Shown here in pieces: positions 18,970-35,929 of a stretch of 64,000 nucleotides of DNA (positions are counted from its first letter, which is position 1; each line of letters opens with the position of its first letter). The stretch spans positions 1,565,591 through 1,629,590 of the forward strand of contig LN717261.1 in assembly GCA_001244265.2 (NCBI GenBank). The letters are read 5' to 3'. Origin of the DNA: Microbotryum violaceum. Lineage: Eukaryota. The notes under the pieces were generated by a model. That model saw only the letters and a list, made by a program, of their open reading frames with translations, did not search any database and was not told the DNA's origin. The position numbers were made by a program, and so were the translations under genes.

Positions 18970-21900
18970 ATGTCAGATAACTTTCACCTTCCGTCTCTTC
19001 AACAACAACCTTCACGGAGAGCACAGGGGCAGCAGAGGTGTCGGCAACGTGAGCAAGCTGAGCGCGCCGTTCGCGAGGCTGCAGGCGCCCCTCCGCACAA
19101 CCCGACTCCTGCTCTAATCGCACAGACGCTGCCACCAATCGATCAACACGACGACGCACAAAATGGATTGTCGAGTCGATCTGCACAGGCAGCCAGCAGT
19201 CCCAGTGTGGCCCGGCAAATGCGACGGGCCCGCAGTCCTTCACCTCGGGGCTTGAGATTCGTTCGTCCACGCATGGAAGCGGTTTCAAGCCTTTCTCGCG
19301 TCGCCGGTTCAAGTACGGAAGCAACTGCCACTTCAGCCACTACTGTCGTCGATCAGCAATCTGCGGGCAGCGTCAACAACAACAACGCGCAAGAGAGCCA
19401 TCGGGCCAGACCGTCCCAACAGCGCTGCTACCGTTGCCAGAAGGGCCTTTTCCCCGACACGATCTTGGATCAATGACGTTGCAATGTCCGATCTGTTCGG
19501 CTCTACACTGGGAGTTCGAAAAATCACCGACCCCAGGCGGCGCCACACCGTTCAAACTCTGTTGCGCGGACGGCAAAGTTTGATTGTCCGGGATCGAAAA
19601 GCCCCCGCCCGAGCTGCTCAAGCTCCTGACTGGCGAAGGCCCAGGTTAGTACACATCGATTCGTTCAATTTGCTAAAATGAGTACAGCAGACTAACAGCC
19701 TCGCTGACTATCCGTGAAACAGTTGAGAAAATCTTTCGGGACCGCATCCTTGCATTCAATGAAAGCTTTGCTATGGCATCATTCGGCACGAGCAAAGGTC
19801 ATGGCATCATCAGCGGCTCCGGACCGCCATCCTTCTATCATAGCAGAGCCGTCTTTCACCGTATCGGTACGCTGGCCCCAGGCCCAGCAGACGACCCCGT
19901 GTTTGCCCAAATTCTATTCTTGGCTCCGACCGAACGCATTGAAGCCCGATGAAGATTCAACGGACCGCCGGAAAAAGTTTGACGTCTGGACTCGGCTTAT
20001 CAGCAGATTGTTCCTGTACTCGACGGCATGCTGCGACTCCACAACAGTCACGTCAAACCGTTCTTGACGGCACAAGAGTTCATGAACAGCGAAGCGTCTC
20101 ACATGTACCAGCTCCGCTTACTTGCACCGCGCAATCAAGACCCGAGAACGTACAACTTGCCGACGCAAGAAGAGGTGGCCGTCATACTACCCGGAGACGA
20201 CACGGAGTACCGATCTTCAAGAAGACAGATTGTCGTTCGGTTACGTCACCCGCCAAACAATGACAGCAGCAGAATTCAGCTCATTCACGATGGTCACCCT
20301 GCACTCATGGCACTCACATACCCGCTATCGTTACTGCATGGCGAGGACTGGTACCACGACAGAATCCCCCCAAACGCTATCGCAGCAGAGGCAGCTCGGT
20401 GTGTGCGAGACGAAAACGGTGTATTCCAACGCACAACAGATAACACCAACGCCAACCCACAAACCGGAACGACCGGATCCAAACATGTGACACAGAGCCA
20501 ATTCAACACATATTACTTCCATATTCGTCCTCACAATATCAGTTACCCGACGCTGTTCCTAGGGGGGGCGGTTGTTCCAGAAATTTGTCGCGGACACCTG
20601 GGCAATGACTGAACAAGAACGGCTATATTGGATGAGAGCAAACCAGAAAAAGCTCAGAGCCAAAGAGTATTCGTCCCTTCAAGCAAGCCTGGCTGAAGGA
20701 CTTGATCCCGCGCAGATTGGCAAAAGAGTCATTCTACCGTCCTCACACACCGGATCACCATGCCAAATGATCCAACTTTACCAAGATGCTATGGCCATTG
20801 TTCGTGTTTTTGGTGCTCCGGACATATTCATCACGATGACATGCAACCCTGCCTGGTCGGAAATCGTGAACGCGTTGCTTCCGGGCCAAACCGCATCCGA
20901 CCGTCCCAACATAGTAACACGGGTCTTTCACGGAAAATTGAAAGCACTTCTTGCGGTATTAGGTGTTGGTCGTGCGCCGGGAGTCTTTGGAAAGGTATGT
21001 CATTGGCGCGGTCAATCCTTAAAATATAAAATGAATGGAATGCTCACGAGTCTCAATTCTTTGCACAGGTCATCGCATATGTCTATGTTGTCAAATTTCA
21101 AAAGCGCGGACTGCCTCACGCCCACATCCTTTTGATCATGGACCCAGAAGACAAACCAAAAACAAACAATGACTATGACAAGATAGTCACCGCAGAAATA
21201 CCGGACCGCAACGCAACAAATTTCCCGCATTGTTTGAGACCATCACAAACTCCATGCTACACCGGAGATGCAATGGTTCCGGCAACCATACCTGCCACGA
21301 CAAACATGGAAAATGTACCAAACAGTTTTCTAAGCGACTCCAACCACGCACGACCAGCAAAGACGGTGGTTATTCACACTACCGGTGTCGCGGCATACAC
21401 CAATATGTCAAATTCCCGGGCACAGTGCAAGAAGAAGTTTATACGGATGCAAATGTTGTTCCAAAAAATCCGTTCCTTGCATCCAAGTACAACTGTCATG
21501 TCAACGTAGAAATTGCAAGCGGCGTTGCTGCAATCAAGTACCTGTACAAGTACGTTTACAAGGGCCACGACCGTACTTCATTCACAATCGACGAACCCGA
21601 AGCTCAAGACGAAATTAACAACTTCCTTGACGCTCGATATGTTTGTGCCCCCAAAGCCATTCACCGGATATTTCGATTCGGGATGCACGATTGGGATCCC
21701 GCAGTGGCCAGACTTGCGCTGCACCTGCCGAATGAGCAACAAGTTTGGTTCGACCCAGATCACGGAGCACCGGATTTGTCAGCGCCACCAGAAACAACGT
21801 TAACCGCCTTCATCAAGTTGTGCGCCAAGACACCTCCTGATTTCAACGCGCAAGGATTGCTCTACGCCAACGTGCCGACCCAATCCAGGTGGAACAGCGA

Positions 21901-24072
21901 AGATTGAGCTTGGGTGCCACGGAAAAGGGACAACCGGACAATTGGAAGAATCTTTTTTTGTGGTCCTGAAGGCGGTGAGCGGTACTACCTGAGACTGCTT
22001 CTTCTCAAGGTTCCTTCACCGACAACATTTGCGCACCTGAGGACGTTCAACGGTGTTGAGTTTTGAACCTTCCGGGAAGCCTGTGTCCAACGGGGACTCC
22101 TACGCGACGACATTGAAGCCGACAGATGTCTGACCAAAGCGGTGATCTTCCGCACTGGGCACGAGCTGCGGCACCTATTTGCCATGCTGTTAACGGCCGA
22201 TGATGGAGTGACAAACGTGGCGCAGTTGTAGACGAGGCACTATGACAACCTCACCCAGGACGTCGAGTACCACCTCCAAAACCAAAGGCAACAGATGATG
22301 ATCACGCCCGAGCATGTCGCTAATTGGGGGCTGCTTCAGCTCAACAATATTCTCCAACGGCTCAACTCCTCATTAGCAGACCATGGTCTGCCGTTGCCAA
22401 CAATCCATTTCGATGACGAGGCTGCAACAAACCGTCTTATACTGGAGGAATCAGCAACACTAGCGGAACTTCACGAAATGGATGCGCTCTGGAGAAAGAA
22501 TATTGAGTCGTGCAACACCAAACAACGCGTTGTTGTTGAAACCATTCTTGACTCAATCCTGAACAACCGCGGACAGGTCTTCTTCATCGATGCTCCAGGA
22601 GGGACAGGAAAAACTTTCTTGGAAAATACGATCCTTGCTCAAATTCGGTCCGAGGGAAAATACGCTCTTGCCGTTGCATCATCGGGTATTGCTGCACTGT
22701 TGTTGTCAAAGGGCAGAACAGCACACTCACGGTTCAAGATCCCGATCGACATCTGTGACGAGTCTACGTGCAACGTTCCGAAGCAAGGGCAACTCGCCGA
22801 GCTTTTTCAAATGTGCGACTTGATCGTCTGGGACGAAGCACCAATGCAGCACCGTCGATGTTTCCAGCTGGTGGACAGGATGTTGCAAGATGTGCGATCC
22901 TCAACGGCTCGATTTGGTGGAGTGACCGTCATGTTGGCAGGTGTGTTCCATTCCCTCTAAAGACAGCGCAGGGCAGAACTGACCAGCTCTGCTGTCACCT
23001 CACAGGCGATCCGAAGCAATGCCTTCCCGTTATCCCCAAGGCATCCCCTGCACAGATTGTCGACACTTGCATCATGAATGCTGACTTCTGGGGAGAAGTC
23101 CAAGTACTGCGTCTCTCTGTCAGTGGAGACTCCTTACCTGCCTTTGAAACCCCTATACTGACAGCCTCCAGTGCGAGCTCAGACAAACATGCGTCTTCTA
23201 GCCGCTGCAGATCGCATGACCAAAACGGAACGGACAAAGGCACAGGGCTTTGCAAATTGGCTCTTAGGAGTCGGAGACGGCTTGGCAAACAAGACAGAGG
23301 ACACCATTGCGCTCCCATCCGATCTTCTCCTACCGGCTGCTTCGAGAAACAGATCCGGATTGATCAAATATGTTTACCCCGTTCCCGTGCTTGTGCTGGA
23401 CAACATGTGTACAGACGAAAAGTTGCCTACTTCAGCAATCGAGCAATTCTGGCGCCGAAAAACTCAGAAGTGGATCAGATCAACGACATGGTGCTCGACC
23501 TGCTACCGGGCGAAGCTCAAACGTTTTACAGCGCGGATTCGGTCAAAGACGAAGACGAGTCACTGTTCTCGATCGAGTACCTTCAGAGTCTCAACATTGC
23601 AGGGATGCCGTTGCATGCTTCAAAATTCAAAGTAGGATGTCCCGTTTTGCTCCTCCGGAACTTGGATCCGGCTGCGGGGCTGTGCAACGGCACAAGACTA
23701 TTGTTAACGCGGTTACACGCCCGCGTCCTCGAGGCAATCATCCTCACCGGCGATCATGCTGGGCAGCCCGTCTTATTGCCGCGCATCACGCTGAAAACAG
23801 GATTATCAGCTGGTCTTCCGTTCACTCTGCACCGGACCCAGTTTCCTATTCGGCTGGCAATGGCTATGACCATCAACAAGTCGCAGGGGCAGTCACTTGC
23901 GCAGGTAGGGGTGTGTCTGGAAACACCCGTTTTTTCTCACGGCCAACTGTACGTCGCGTTGTCCCGGACAACAAGTGTGGACGGTGTGAAAGTTTTGCTT
24001 CACCCTACTGAGGATGGGGAAGCAGATAATGTAACAGAAAACATAGTTTTTAGAGTGGTTTTGAGTTGCTGA
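18970..24072 (+). pseudogene. Helitron Rep/helicase (RepHel), intron-containing, with stops and frameshifts
   Basis: YNLPT..EVAV, ILPSSHTGS, YQDAMAIV..G.PDIFITMTCNP, HUH motif V(K)FQKRGLPHAHIL (~21090-21135), YLYKYVYKG, PIF1 motifs [52 protein letters not shown]. Confidence 0.93.
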
Positions 24073-24138
24073 AATGAAGATTGTGTCAAAGCTCCAACTG
24101 AAGCTCCGCAGATTCCAATTCCAATTAACAGGGGAGGC

Positions 24139-24345
24139 ATGGATGTCCGGGTGACTCCTAACTGCTGGGAGCGCTAGAAACGGTGGCACCTTGACTAATT
24201 TCCCAACGGCGAAAGTGGCTGTGGCCTGACTGAGCAGATCATATGTCCGGGTGAATCCTCTGATTCCCCAACGGCAACAGTGGCTGTGACCTCACTGAGT
24301 GGATCATGGATTTCCGGGTGACTCCTCTAATTCCCCAGCGGCGAC
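24139..24345. repeat. Degenerate minisatellite downstream of RepHel
   Basis: Three copies of catggatgtccgggtgactcc-like and ttcccaacggc..agtggctgtg-like motifs. Confidence 0.6.
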
Positions 24346-24359
24346 ATCACTCCACATCG

Positions 24360-28439
<4,080 letters not shown>

Positions 28440-28984
28440 TAGACCAAATTTACAACAGTTTGAGCTTGGTAGACACACGTTTGGACGTGAGGAGCTGTTT
28501 GCCTTCTCGACGGCCTCGAGTAGATGATAACGTCGAGTACTGGGTGAGCTCGTCTTTGGACAACTCGATGCGAAGAGGCACGACGGCGGGAGCGACGTCG
28601 AAGGCGAGGAGCTCGGCGATTGTCATGTTGGCGAGCGGCGATGATCAATCGAAGTCATCGTTCAAATAGTAGGCCTGCATGGGATCATGTTGTTGTGCTA
28701 TGCTCCAATCTCAGACCGAAGTGAAGCGAAACCCAGTGCGCCCCTTCAATATTGGCAGCAGTGGGAACTATTGGTACCTAATCGGCCTATTCCTAACAGC
28801 CACTAATGGTCTTTTCGGCTTTTGCTGCAAGATTCTTGTGCTCGGGCAAGCACCTATAGCAGTGAGGTTTATAACCGAGCTTAGGTCATTTGCTAGTTGC
28901 AAACTTTACATCCACAACCTAATTTGACTTCGCGTCGAATTGAATCTTTCCCATTCCACCGAAAGGAGTCTCACCTTTTTAAAA

Positions 28985-29489
28985 CCTCCCCAACCAGCCC
29001 ACATCCCAACAATCGATCTACCTCCTGTGTGATGTGCCTCTCGGAAGCACCCGAGTGCCTGGTTCACCTTGCGGTCGGCTGCCCATTTGCCCGGCGCCTC
29101 TGGTCTGCTCTGTCTTCGACCCCCCACCCAGTCTTTGTGGACTTTGTATGCCCGGTCGTGTCTCGCTCGGAACGTCGACTTGTCGAACTACGAGTCCTCT
29201 TCTTTCACTCGATCTGGAAGCTCTGTCGCCGTCGTCGATTCTCGTCGGATCTTTTGGAACCGATCACCGAAACGGAGTTCGAGGGGCTTCAAGCCTCTAT
29301 CCAGGAGTCCAAGGGTCGCCTAGTGTCTCTGTAAGACACCAAAGGGGGTTTTAGTGGGTATGGTTGATCCTGGTTCAGGGTCAATGAGTCCTACACTAGT
29401 GGCTTCTGCCAGTGTGCGTAACAGCATTCCCTCCGACTTTTCCGAAGATTTCTAGGTATTAATATAATTATGCTGTTAATGAAGTCTAT

Positions 29490-29524
<35 letters not shown>
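28985..29524 (+). mobile_element. Heavily 5'-truncated LINE copy with a long poly(A) tail
   Basis: Near-identical to 6431-6936; pure A run at 29491-29524. Confidence 0.92.
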
Positions 29525-29528
<4 letters not shown>

Positions 29529-29709
29529 GACGCGGAGGCCAAAGCGCGCGCTACCCCAAGTCCCCGCTCGACCCAATTTTGGCCTACCCTGAGCAGCCTT
29601 CGGCATGACTTTGGGCCCGTTCGCCTTCGCCTCGAGACGCGCTTCGCGTTGCTCGCGCTTGAACAAGTAGTCAATAGCCACTTCTATCGATTTCTGTAAT
29701 TACTTGAGT

Positions 29710-30707
29710 TCGACTCCTTCGTAGAGCGCGCGAGCGGAGCTGAGTTAGCCGGTGAAGCCAGTCAAGTTGCAGTTTGGGCTGAACCCGGCATCCCGTAACA
29801 AACATCATGGGGTGATGTGCTACCAGGATGAGCCAGAGATGTAACCAAGAAGATAAAAGAAAACAAAAAAGAAAAGAATATAGAAAGGGAAACCAACAAG
29901 GAAGGTTTTTTTAGTTTTTTAGATTTTGGGTGGGCGGGAGGAGCTCAGAAAATGTAACGGCTTTGCTTGGAAAGCGCGGTTCCTATCAGTATCTAGGATT
30001 ACTGCAAATGACTGGGAAGACTTGGCATACCTTTGCTTGGAAGCGCGTCGCGTACGAACAGAGATGATCGACCCGGAACGCTGGCACGTTGGGTGATGAG
30101 GATTGTCTGCGTAGCGAGGTAGCCAAGTAAGTCGCCCAACAAGGACAACTGTGAGTAGGAGTACCCTGGGGCAGAGCCCGGGAGAGGAAGGGCGATGTAC
30201 CTTAGCTCTAGGAGCGAGACGCGGTACTCAATGGCAAGAGGTACAGCTACGCTTGGCAGGCGTAGGGCGTGGGCTGCATACAAGGGTATGAGCAGTTAGT
30301 CAACCATCCAACAAGGAGAGTTGAGGAAGCAGCGTACATAGAGGGCAGTTGTCCCAGCAGTCTGGTAGAGACTGATGCGGGTGCGTCTGTGATCGCTGGG
30401 GAAGGTCCTGTGTGAGACTCGGAACCTGTCAGCCTGAGGCATAGTGGCAGGAAGAGTTCAAGGACGGACACCAACCTTGGCAGGAGGGTGGCAGAGGTAC
30501 ACAGCGATGAACTGGTACAGCAGCGGCAAGCAGTGCCGAACTGACAAGGCTGAAGGAGCAGGCTTGGGTAGAAATTCCTGCGCGGGGGGCGGCTTATGGA
30601 CCAAGGCTCAAAGGGCAGGCGTGAAGGCACGGCTTATAGCGGAGAGAGGGAATGCGTGCGGGCACGGCTTACAGCAGGGGGAGGAATGCGTGCGAGCACG
30701 GCTTACA
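29710..30707 (-). repeat. ~1 kb dispersed repeat (LTR or long 5' leader of Copia-like elements) with tandem GCGTGCGRGCACGGCTTAC units
   Basis: Colinear similarity to 34550-35530, 50288-50460 and 51660-52100. Confidence 0.65.
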
Positions 30708-30709
30708 CC

Positions 30710-30865
30710 CACGGGAAAAATGTCAAAATCTGCAAAGGCGCCTCGGTGGCAAAACGTGTGTTTCTTCCCAAAATGTCAATTTTTTGCAATGCGCGATTTT
30801 CAGGATTTTGGGTCCTCAAAATGTCAAAAAAAAAAAGAGCCTCCGGCTGGGCTTTCGGGGGTCCT
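30710..30865. mobile_element. Terminal remnant of an AGGAC-family TIR element just upstream of the FGGY gene
   Basis: gcctccggctgggctttcgggggtcct is the reverse complement of the family TIR. Left boundary approximate. Confidence 0.7.
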
Positions 30866-30958
30866 CTGTTTGGCCGCCGTACGCCTCCCCCGGCCACAAC
30901 CGCAAATGCCTCCCTCCGCCCTTCTTGCTCCTACCCAATCTTCGAGATCGAACAAGCC

Positions 30959-33636
30959 ATGAGTTACTACATTGGCGTTGACGTGTAAGTGGGTTTATGA
31001 TCTTCTATGTTGGGTTTTCCAAACCGTGCTTCTATCCACACGAACTGCATCGTGCCAATACTCATCTTCTTCCTGTCATTTGGCTCTGCGGTGCTTGCCG
31101 ATGACGTAGTGGGACAGGTTCCGCTCGGGCCGCGCTTGTTGACGAACAAGGCGCCGTTGTCGCCGAATCGGCCTACAACACAACCTCATTCCGCGACGCT
31201 AAAGATGCCAACATTTTTGAACAGTCCACTGACGAAAGTGAGTATGACTTTATCGCCAGACCGGACTCTTGCAGACCTCCGGACGCTCGACGTGGCCCGT
31301 AGTCCATTGAACTTGGCTCACCAGTCGGATGCTGCCATATCTCTGCCAGTCTGGAGTTGCGTCTCCAAGGCGTGTCAAGACGTTCTGAAGAGCTCAAAAG
31401 TGTCCAATGCCACTGTCAAAGGCATTGGGTTCGATGCGACCTGCTCACTCGCCGTTTGTAACCTCGAGGATGGTAGCCCCGTCCCCGTTAACCCTTCCGC
31501 GTGGTCTGGCGAGCACCACTCCGGAGGTCCCGAAGGGGAACCAGTGCACGACATCATTTTGTGGGCCGATCATCGAGCGTACAAGGAAGCTAAAGACATC
31601 AACGCTACCGGAAGTATGGTGCTTAAGTTCGTCGGAGGCACAGTCTCGTTGGAGATGGAATTACCCAAGGTGGGGCAATTCCTCAGGTGCAACACCTCTC
31701 ACCGCTCGAATGTCCGCGCTTACCGTATCCTCCTGGATCTCTATCTAATTATTCGACAGATATTGTGGTTGAAGCGTCACATGCCCGCCGCGCTCTTCCA
31801 GCAGTGCATGTTCTTCGACCTGCCTGACTTCCTCACTTACCGCGCGACTGGCGACTTGGCGCGCAGCAACTGCTCGTTGGCATGCAAGTGCTCCTATGTG
31901 CCGCCGGGAGTGGAGGGCAGTAAAGGCTGGAACGACGAACTTTTTCAGGCTATTGGCCTAGATGACTTTGTGCGCTTTAGGGCAGGCTGTCCTATTAGGG
32001 GGCCAATCAGGGACGCTCGGGCTGATGCACTGCTCATTTGCTCCCTTGGTCCAGGTCAAGAACGAGTTCAAGCAGATTGGTGGTACGCCTGGAAAGTCGG
32101 GTCTTATTTTGACTGCTGGGCAACCAGTGGGACGAGGTCTTTCCACGAAAGCTGCAGCAGAACTCGGGTTGCTGGAGGGTACGGCGGTCGGTTCAGGGGT
32201 CATCGATGCGTACGCCGGGTGGATTGGGACAGTTGCGGCACCTATGGAAGGCCAGAAGTACACCTCTTTGGACGACAGTAAACACCGGCTTGCAGCTATC
32301 GCTGGAACAAGTACTGTCAGTCGAGCCGCTAAGTCAATGGACCCTACGGTTCTTGTCGTTGACCCAATCTTCGTTTTTGGCAGTGCCATATTGTTCAGAG
32401 TGAGGAAGCAGTTTTTGTCCCCGGAGTCTGGGGACCCTACAAGCATGCAATCTTCCCTGGTTGTACGTGTTAGCTGAGTGTTTTCACTGTGTTCTTGTTC
32501 TTGTTGGGTCACTCAAACCGCTTCAGGACGGACCCGGGTCCATTTTGTGCAGATTGGATAAATGAAGGCGGGCAGTCGTCTACGGGTCAGCTTCTCGACT
32601 TCATGATAGACACCCACCCTGCCTCAGAGAAGCTCAAAGCGCTTGCAAAGGAGCAAGGCACGAACCACTTCTCACTGTTGACTGAGCTTCTGGACGCCAT
32701 GGCGAAAGATAAGGGCGTGCCTTTCATCTCTGCCTTGACGCAGAATGTCCAGCTCTATCCAGATCTCCACGGTACGTCTTCTCTTTTGGGCCCAATTCCG
32801 ATCCCCAGTTGAGCATGTTTTGGTAATGTCCAGGCAACCGCTCTCCCCTTGCCGATAATGAGATGCGTGGCATGCTCATTGGTATGGCCCTCGACAAGAA
32901 CATCTCGGACCTTGCGCTGCGTTATTACGCAACCGGGGAGGCGATTGCGCTGCAGACTCGTCAAATTATTGATGAGATGAACCAACATGGTCATGAGATT
33001 CGCTCCATCTTCATGAGCGGAGGGTGAGTTGAAGGCTCTTGCCTGGCAGGTGCGTACCAGCAAGAGATGTTGACCCTATCCTCATGCTTCTGCAATCCCC
33101 ACAGACTTGTGAAGAACCGATTCCTCATGAGGTGAGGACCTGATGGATCTGGCTCGAGTCTTGTCGCCACTTGGCTCATTTACCTCGCCTCCCTGCCTCT
33201 TCGCCTTCGCAGCCTCATCGCCGATGTGTGCAATATTCCTGTACAACTCCCACATTCACACTCTGCAAGTGTGGTGATTGGGTCTGCTATGCTTGGTGCT
33301 GCGGCGGCGGCGGAGGCAAAGACAGCCGAATCCGGCCTCACTACGCAAGAAGAGGCTGAAACGGGCAGTCACGGCATGAAGGAACGCCTGTGGGACATCA
33401 TGGTCTGTTTTCCTTGTGCTCTTCTCTAGATAATAGATCTACTCGGGACCCTTCAGCTGAACTCGCCCCCGCTTGGCTTGCAGGTTCGCATGAGCAAACC
33501 CGGAACAACGGTGAAACCTTCGGCTTCGAATCAAGAGTTGCGTTTGCTCAAGGTCAAGTATGAGATCTTCAAGGAGTGTATTGTGTTGCAGCGCAAGTGG
33601 AGGTCAGTCACGGCCGAAGCCATGGCTTCTGATTGA
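30959..33636 (+). CDS. FGGY-family carbohydrate kinase (D-ribulokinase/YDR109C-like), multi-exon
   Basis: MSYYIGVDV|GTGS, GIGFDATCSL, ILWADHRA, SLEMELPK, FFDLPDFLTYRATG, GVIDAYAGWIG, AIAGTST, EGGQSSTGQLLD, YPDLHG|NRSP, IFMSGG. GT-AG introns; TGA at 33634-33636. Confidence 0.92.
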
Positions 33637-33663
33637 TAGGTTGTGTTTATCTGAGATAGAACA

Positions 33664-34110
33664 CCAGTGAGATCCCGTTGCATTAACGGGAGTATAAAAT
33701 CCATGACGAAAGACAGCAGAAAACCTCTTCTTCATTCATTGTTCTGAGAACAAACCGGTGTTCTGGGTTTGGGGTCCCAGTAGTTGCGGCGGCTGCCGAG
33801 CGATCGACAGCCTCGTGATGAACAGTGAAGGCTTTCCTTGTTTGCTTTGACGACGCACCCCACCGCAACCTGGTAACGCTGCGTGCGGCCTATTCGTGAC
33901 CGTCGAGGCCACGCTCGATTTGCTCCGGGGTCAAGCTGCTGGCAACCTGAGCGTCGGAGATGCAGTGCTTTGGGCCGTGGTGAAGCGCTAGCTTCCTTGG
34001 TGCAACTGGATGTAGTTAGACGATCGGTGTCGGCTTGGAAGTTTCCATCAATCACGGACTTGGGGAAGGGACGCTGGGTGCAATGCGAGAAACGCGAGAC
34101 TGGGCCCGGG
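33664..34110 (-). mobile_element. Diverged non-autonomous Helitron 3' portion
   Basis: Reverse complement reads CCCGTT-aatgc-AACGGG-atctca-CTGG|T. Degenerate TQRYQVAVGCVVK and HCTQRPF segments. Far boundary approximate. Confidence 0.7.
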
Positions 34111-34549
34111 TTGATCCACTCGACGCCTTCTCCTTGACCTTCGTGCTGGATGTTCAAACATTCTATGTCAGTATTGTTAAGTTGTGACCGGGGGTCGCTG
34201 AAGATTCGTGAGGCGGCACGAGCCGGATCGTTTCGAGGAGGTTGCGAGGCAGGACGGCGTGGCAAGGTGCTCCCGAGATCGAGAAGTGGCGAGGCGGAGC
34301 GGACGCACTCGGGCGGACGACCGCGGCGTAGCCGAGCGATCTGTTCTCTAACGAATCTCAGCAGTCCGAATAGGCGAGTGAAACGATGATGCGATTGCAA
34401 CGGACCTGTTCTCTACGGAATCTCAGCTGTCTGAATAGGCCAGTGAAACGATAGAGAAGAGGGAGAGAGGCGCGAGAGTGCGCGAGTCGGGCACTGCCGC
34501 TACCCATGTCCAGGGAGTTGCCGGCGAAGCGGGTCGGGCGCGAGTCCGG

Positions 34550-35597
34550 GTCGACTCTTTCGTAGAAGCGCGGCTAGGTAGCGGGATTTGAGTCGAGTTG
34601 CAGTATCAGGCATGAAACCCGGCATCCCGGGAATGGGTTGAAAGAAAGTCCCCACAAGACGAGAGACCCAGAGATCAGAAGAGAGATAATAAAAAGGAAA
34701 GAAAAGATACCAGCAAGGACTTTTTTTTTTTTTTTTTTAGAAGGGTGGGCGGGAGGAGCTCAAAAACAGGACACTTTGCTTGGAAAGCGTGGATCCTATT
34801 AGTACTCATAAATACTGCAAAGACTGGGAGGCTTGGCATACCTTTGCTTGGACAGCGTGACACACTTGAAAGGAGGGAACCGACCCTGAACGCTGGCACG
34901 TTGGGTGGCAAGTGTAGTCTGTAGCGGAAGGTAGCCAAGTAAGCCAACATGCCCAACAAGGACAGTTGTGAGCAGGAGTACCAAAAGGTAGAGCCTGATG
35001 CGGGGAGTGATGTACCTTAGCTCCGGGAGCGTGACTCGGTACTCAGGAAAATAAGGTGCGGCTACACTGGCAGGTGTAGGGCAGAAACGGCTGCATACAG
35101 GGTATGAACAGTCAGTCAACAATCCAACAAGGAAGGTTGAGAAGAAGAGGCGTACGCAGTGGGCAGCTGTCCGTCGTAGTCTGGCAGGGCAGAAGACTGG
35201 GAGGCAGTTGCGTGTTTGTATCGCTGGGGAGGTCCTGTGAGATGCTCGGAACCTGTCAGCCAGAAGGCGTGAGGGCAGGAAGAGATCTAGGACGGCAACC
35301 AACCTTGGCAGGAGGTGGCAAAGGTACGCAGCGAATACTGGTACGGCAACAGCAGGCAGTGCGGAACTGACCCAGTGCGGCGGGAGCGTGCTTGGGGAGA
35401 TTCCTGCGCGGGTGCGGCTTACGGGCCAAGGCTTATGCTCGAGGCAGGCGTGCGAGCACGGCTTACTGCGGGAGGCCTGCGTGCGGGCACGGCTTACAGC
35501 GAGAGGCCTGCGTGCGGGCACGGCTTACGGCTGCGGGTGTTGAAGTCGCGCGCGCTAAAGTCCTCAGCGTCAAACTCTTGCAGCAAAAGCCGAAAAG
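34550..35597 (-). repeat. ~1 kb dispersed repeat (Copia-associated LTR/leader family)
   Basis: Similar to 29710-30707. 34550-34720 is nearly identical to the region upstream of Copia gag (50288-50455). Confidence 0.65.
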
Positions 35598-35636
35598 CGA
35601 CTGGGGTCGGGCGTAAGTCGGGTGATGGGGTCGGGC

Positions 35637-35929
35637 TAAGCTCGACGCCCCTCCCTTTGGGAAGGGCTTGTGAGTTATCGGCGCGTTTGGCCCAGTTGCC
35701 CTCCGAAATTTTGGCCCTGAAAAGTGCCCCATTGCTGTAGCATGGCATATATTGGTGCTATCTGAAAACTGGAGGAATAAGTATTTACTTCATCATTAGT
35801 GATGATGCTTCACCGAAGCTTGAAGTCTAGGAACGCTTGATCATCTCGCTACAGCAGCTTGAATCAACTGATTCCGAACGAGACGCCGGTCGGCGCACGG
35901 ACCAGTCGTAGTCCAGTCCGCGTCGAAGG
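35637..35929. mobile_element. Detached terminal part (TIR) of the AcademH-like element at 53638-55770
   Basis: 35637-35711 matches 53638-53714. Ends in GTCGAAGG, the reverse complement of CCTTCGAC at 55763-55770. Confidence 0.7.

Noticed and set aside
24139-24345. CRISPR-like repeat-spacer array
   Set aside because: Repeats are degenerate, the intervening sequence is also repeated, the context is eukaryotic and there are no cas genes.
28441-28980. Possible coding or LTR remnants
   Set aside because: Only a short match to the 1-kb repeat start; no assignable protein or termini.
31007-32281. 424-aa ORF with a signal-peptide-like N-terminus
   Set aside because: Read-through of FGGY introns; the real gene starts at 30959.
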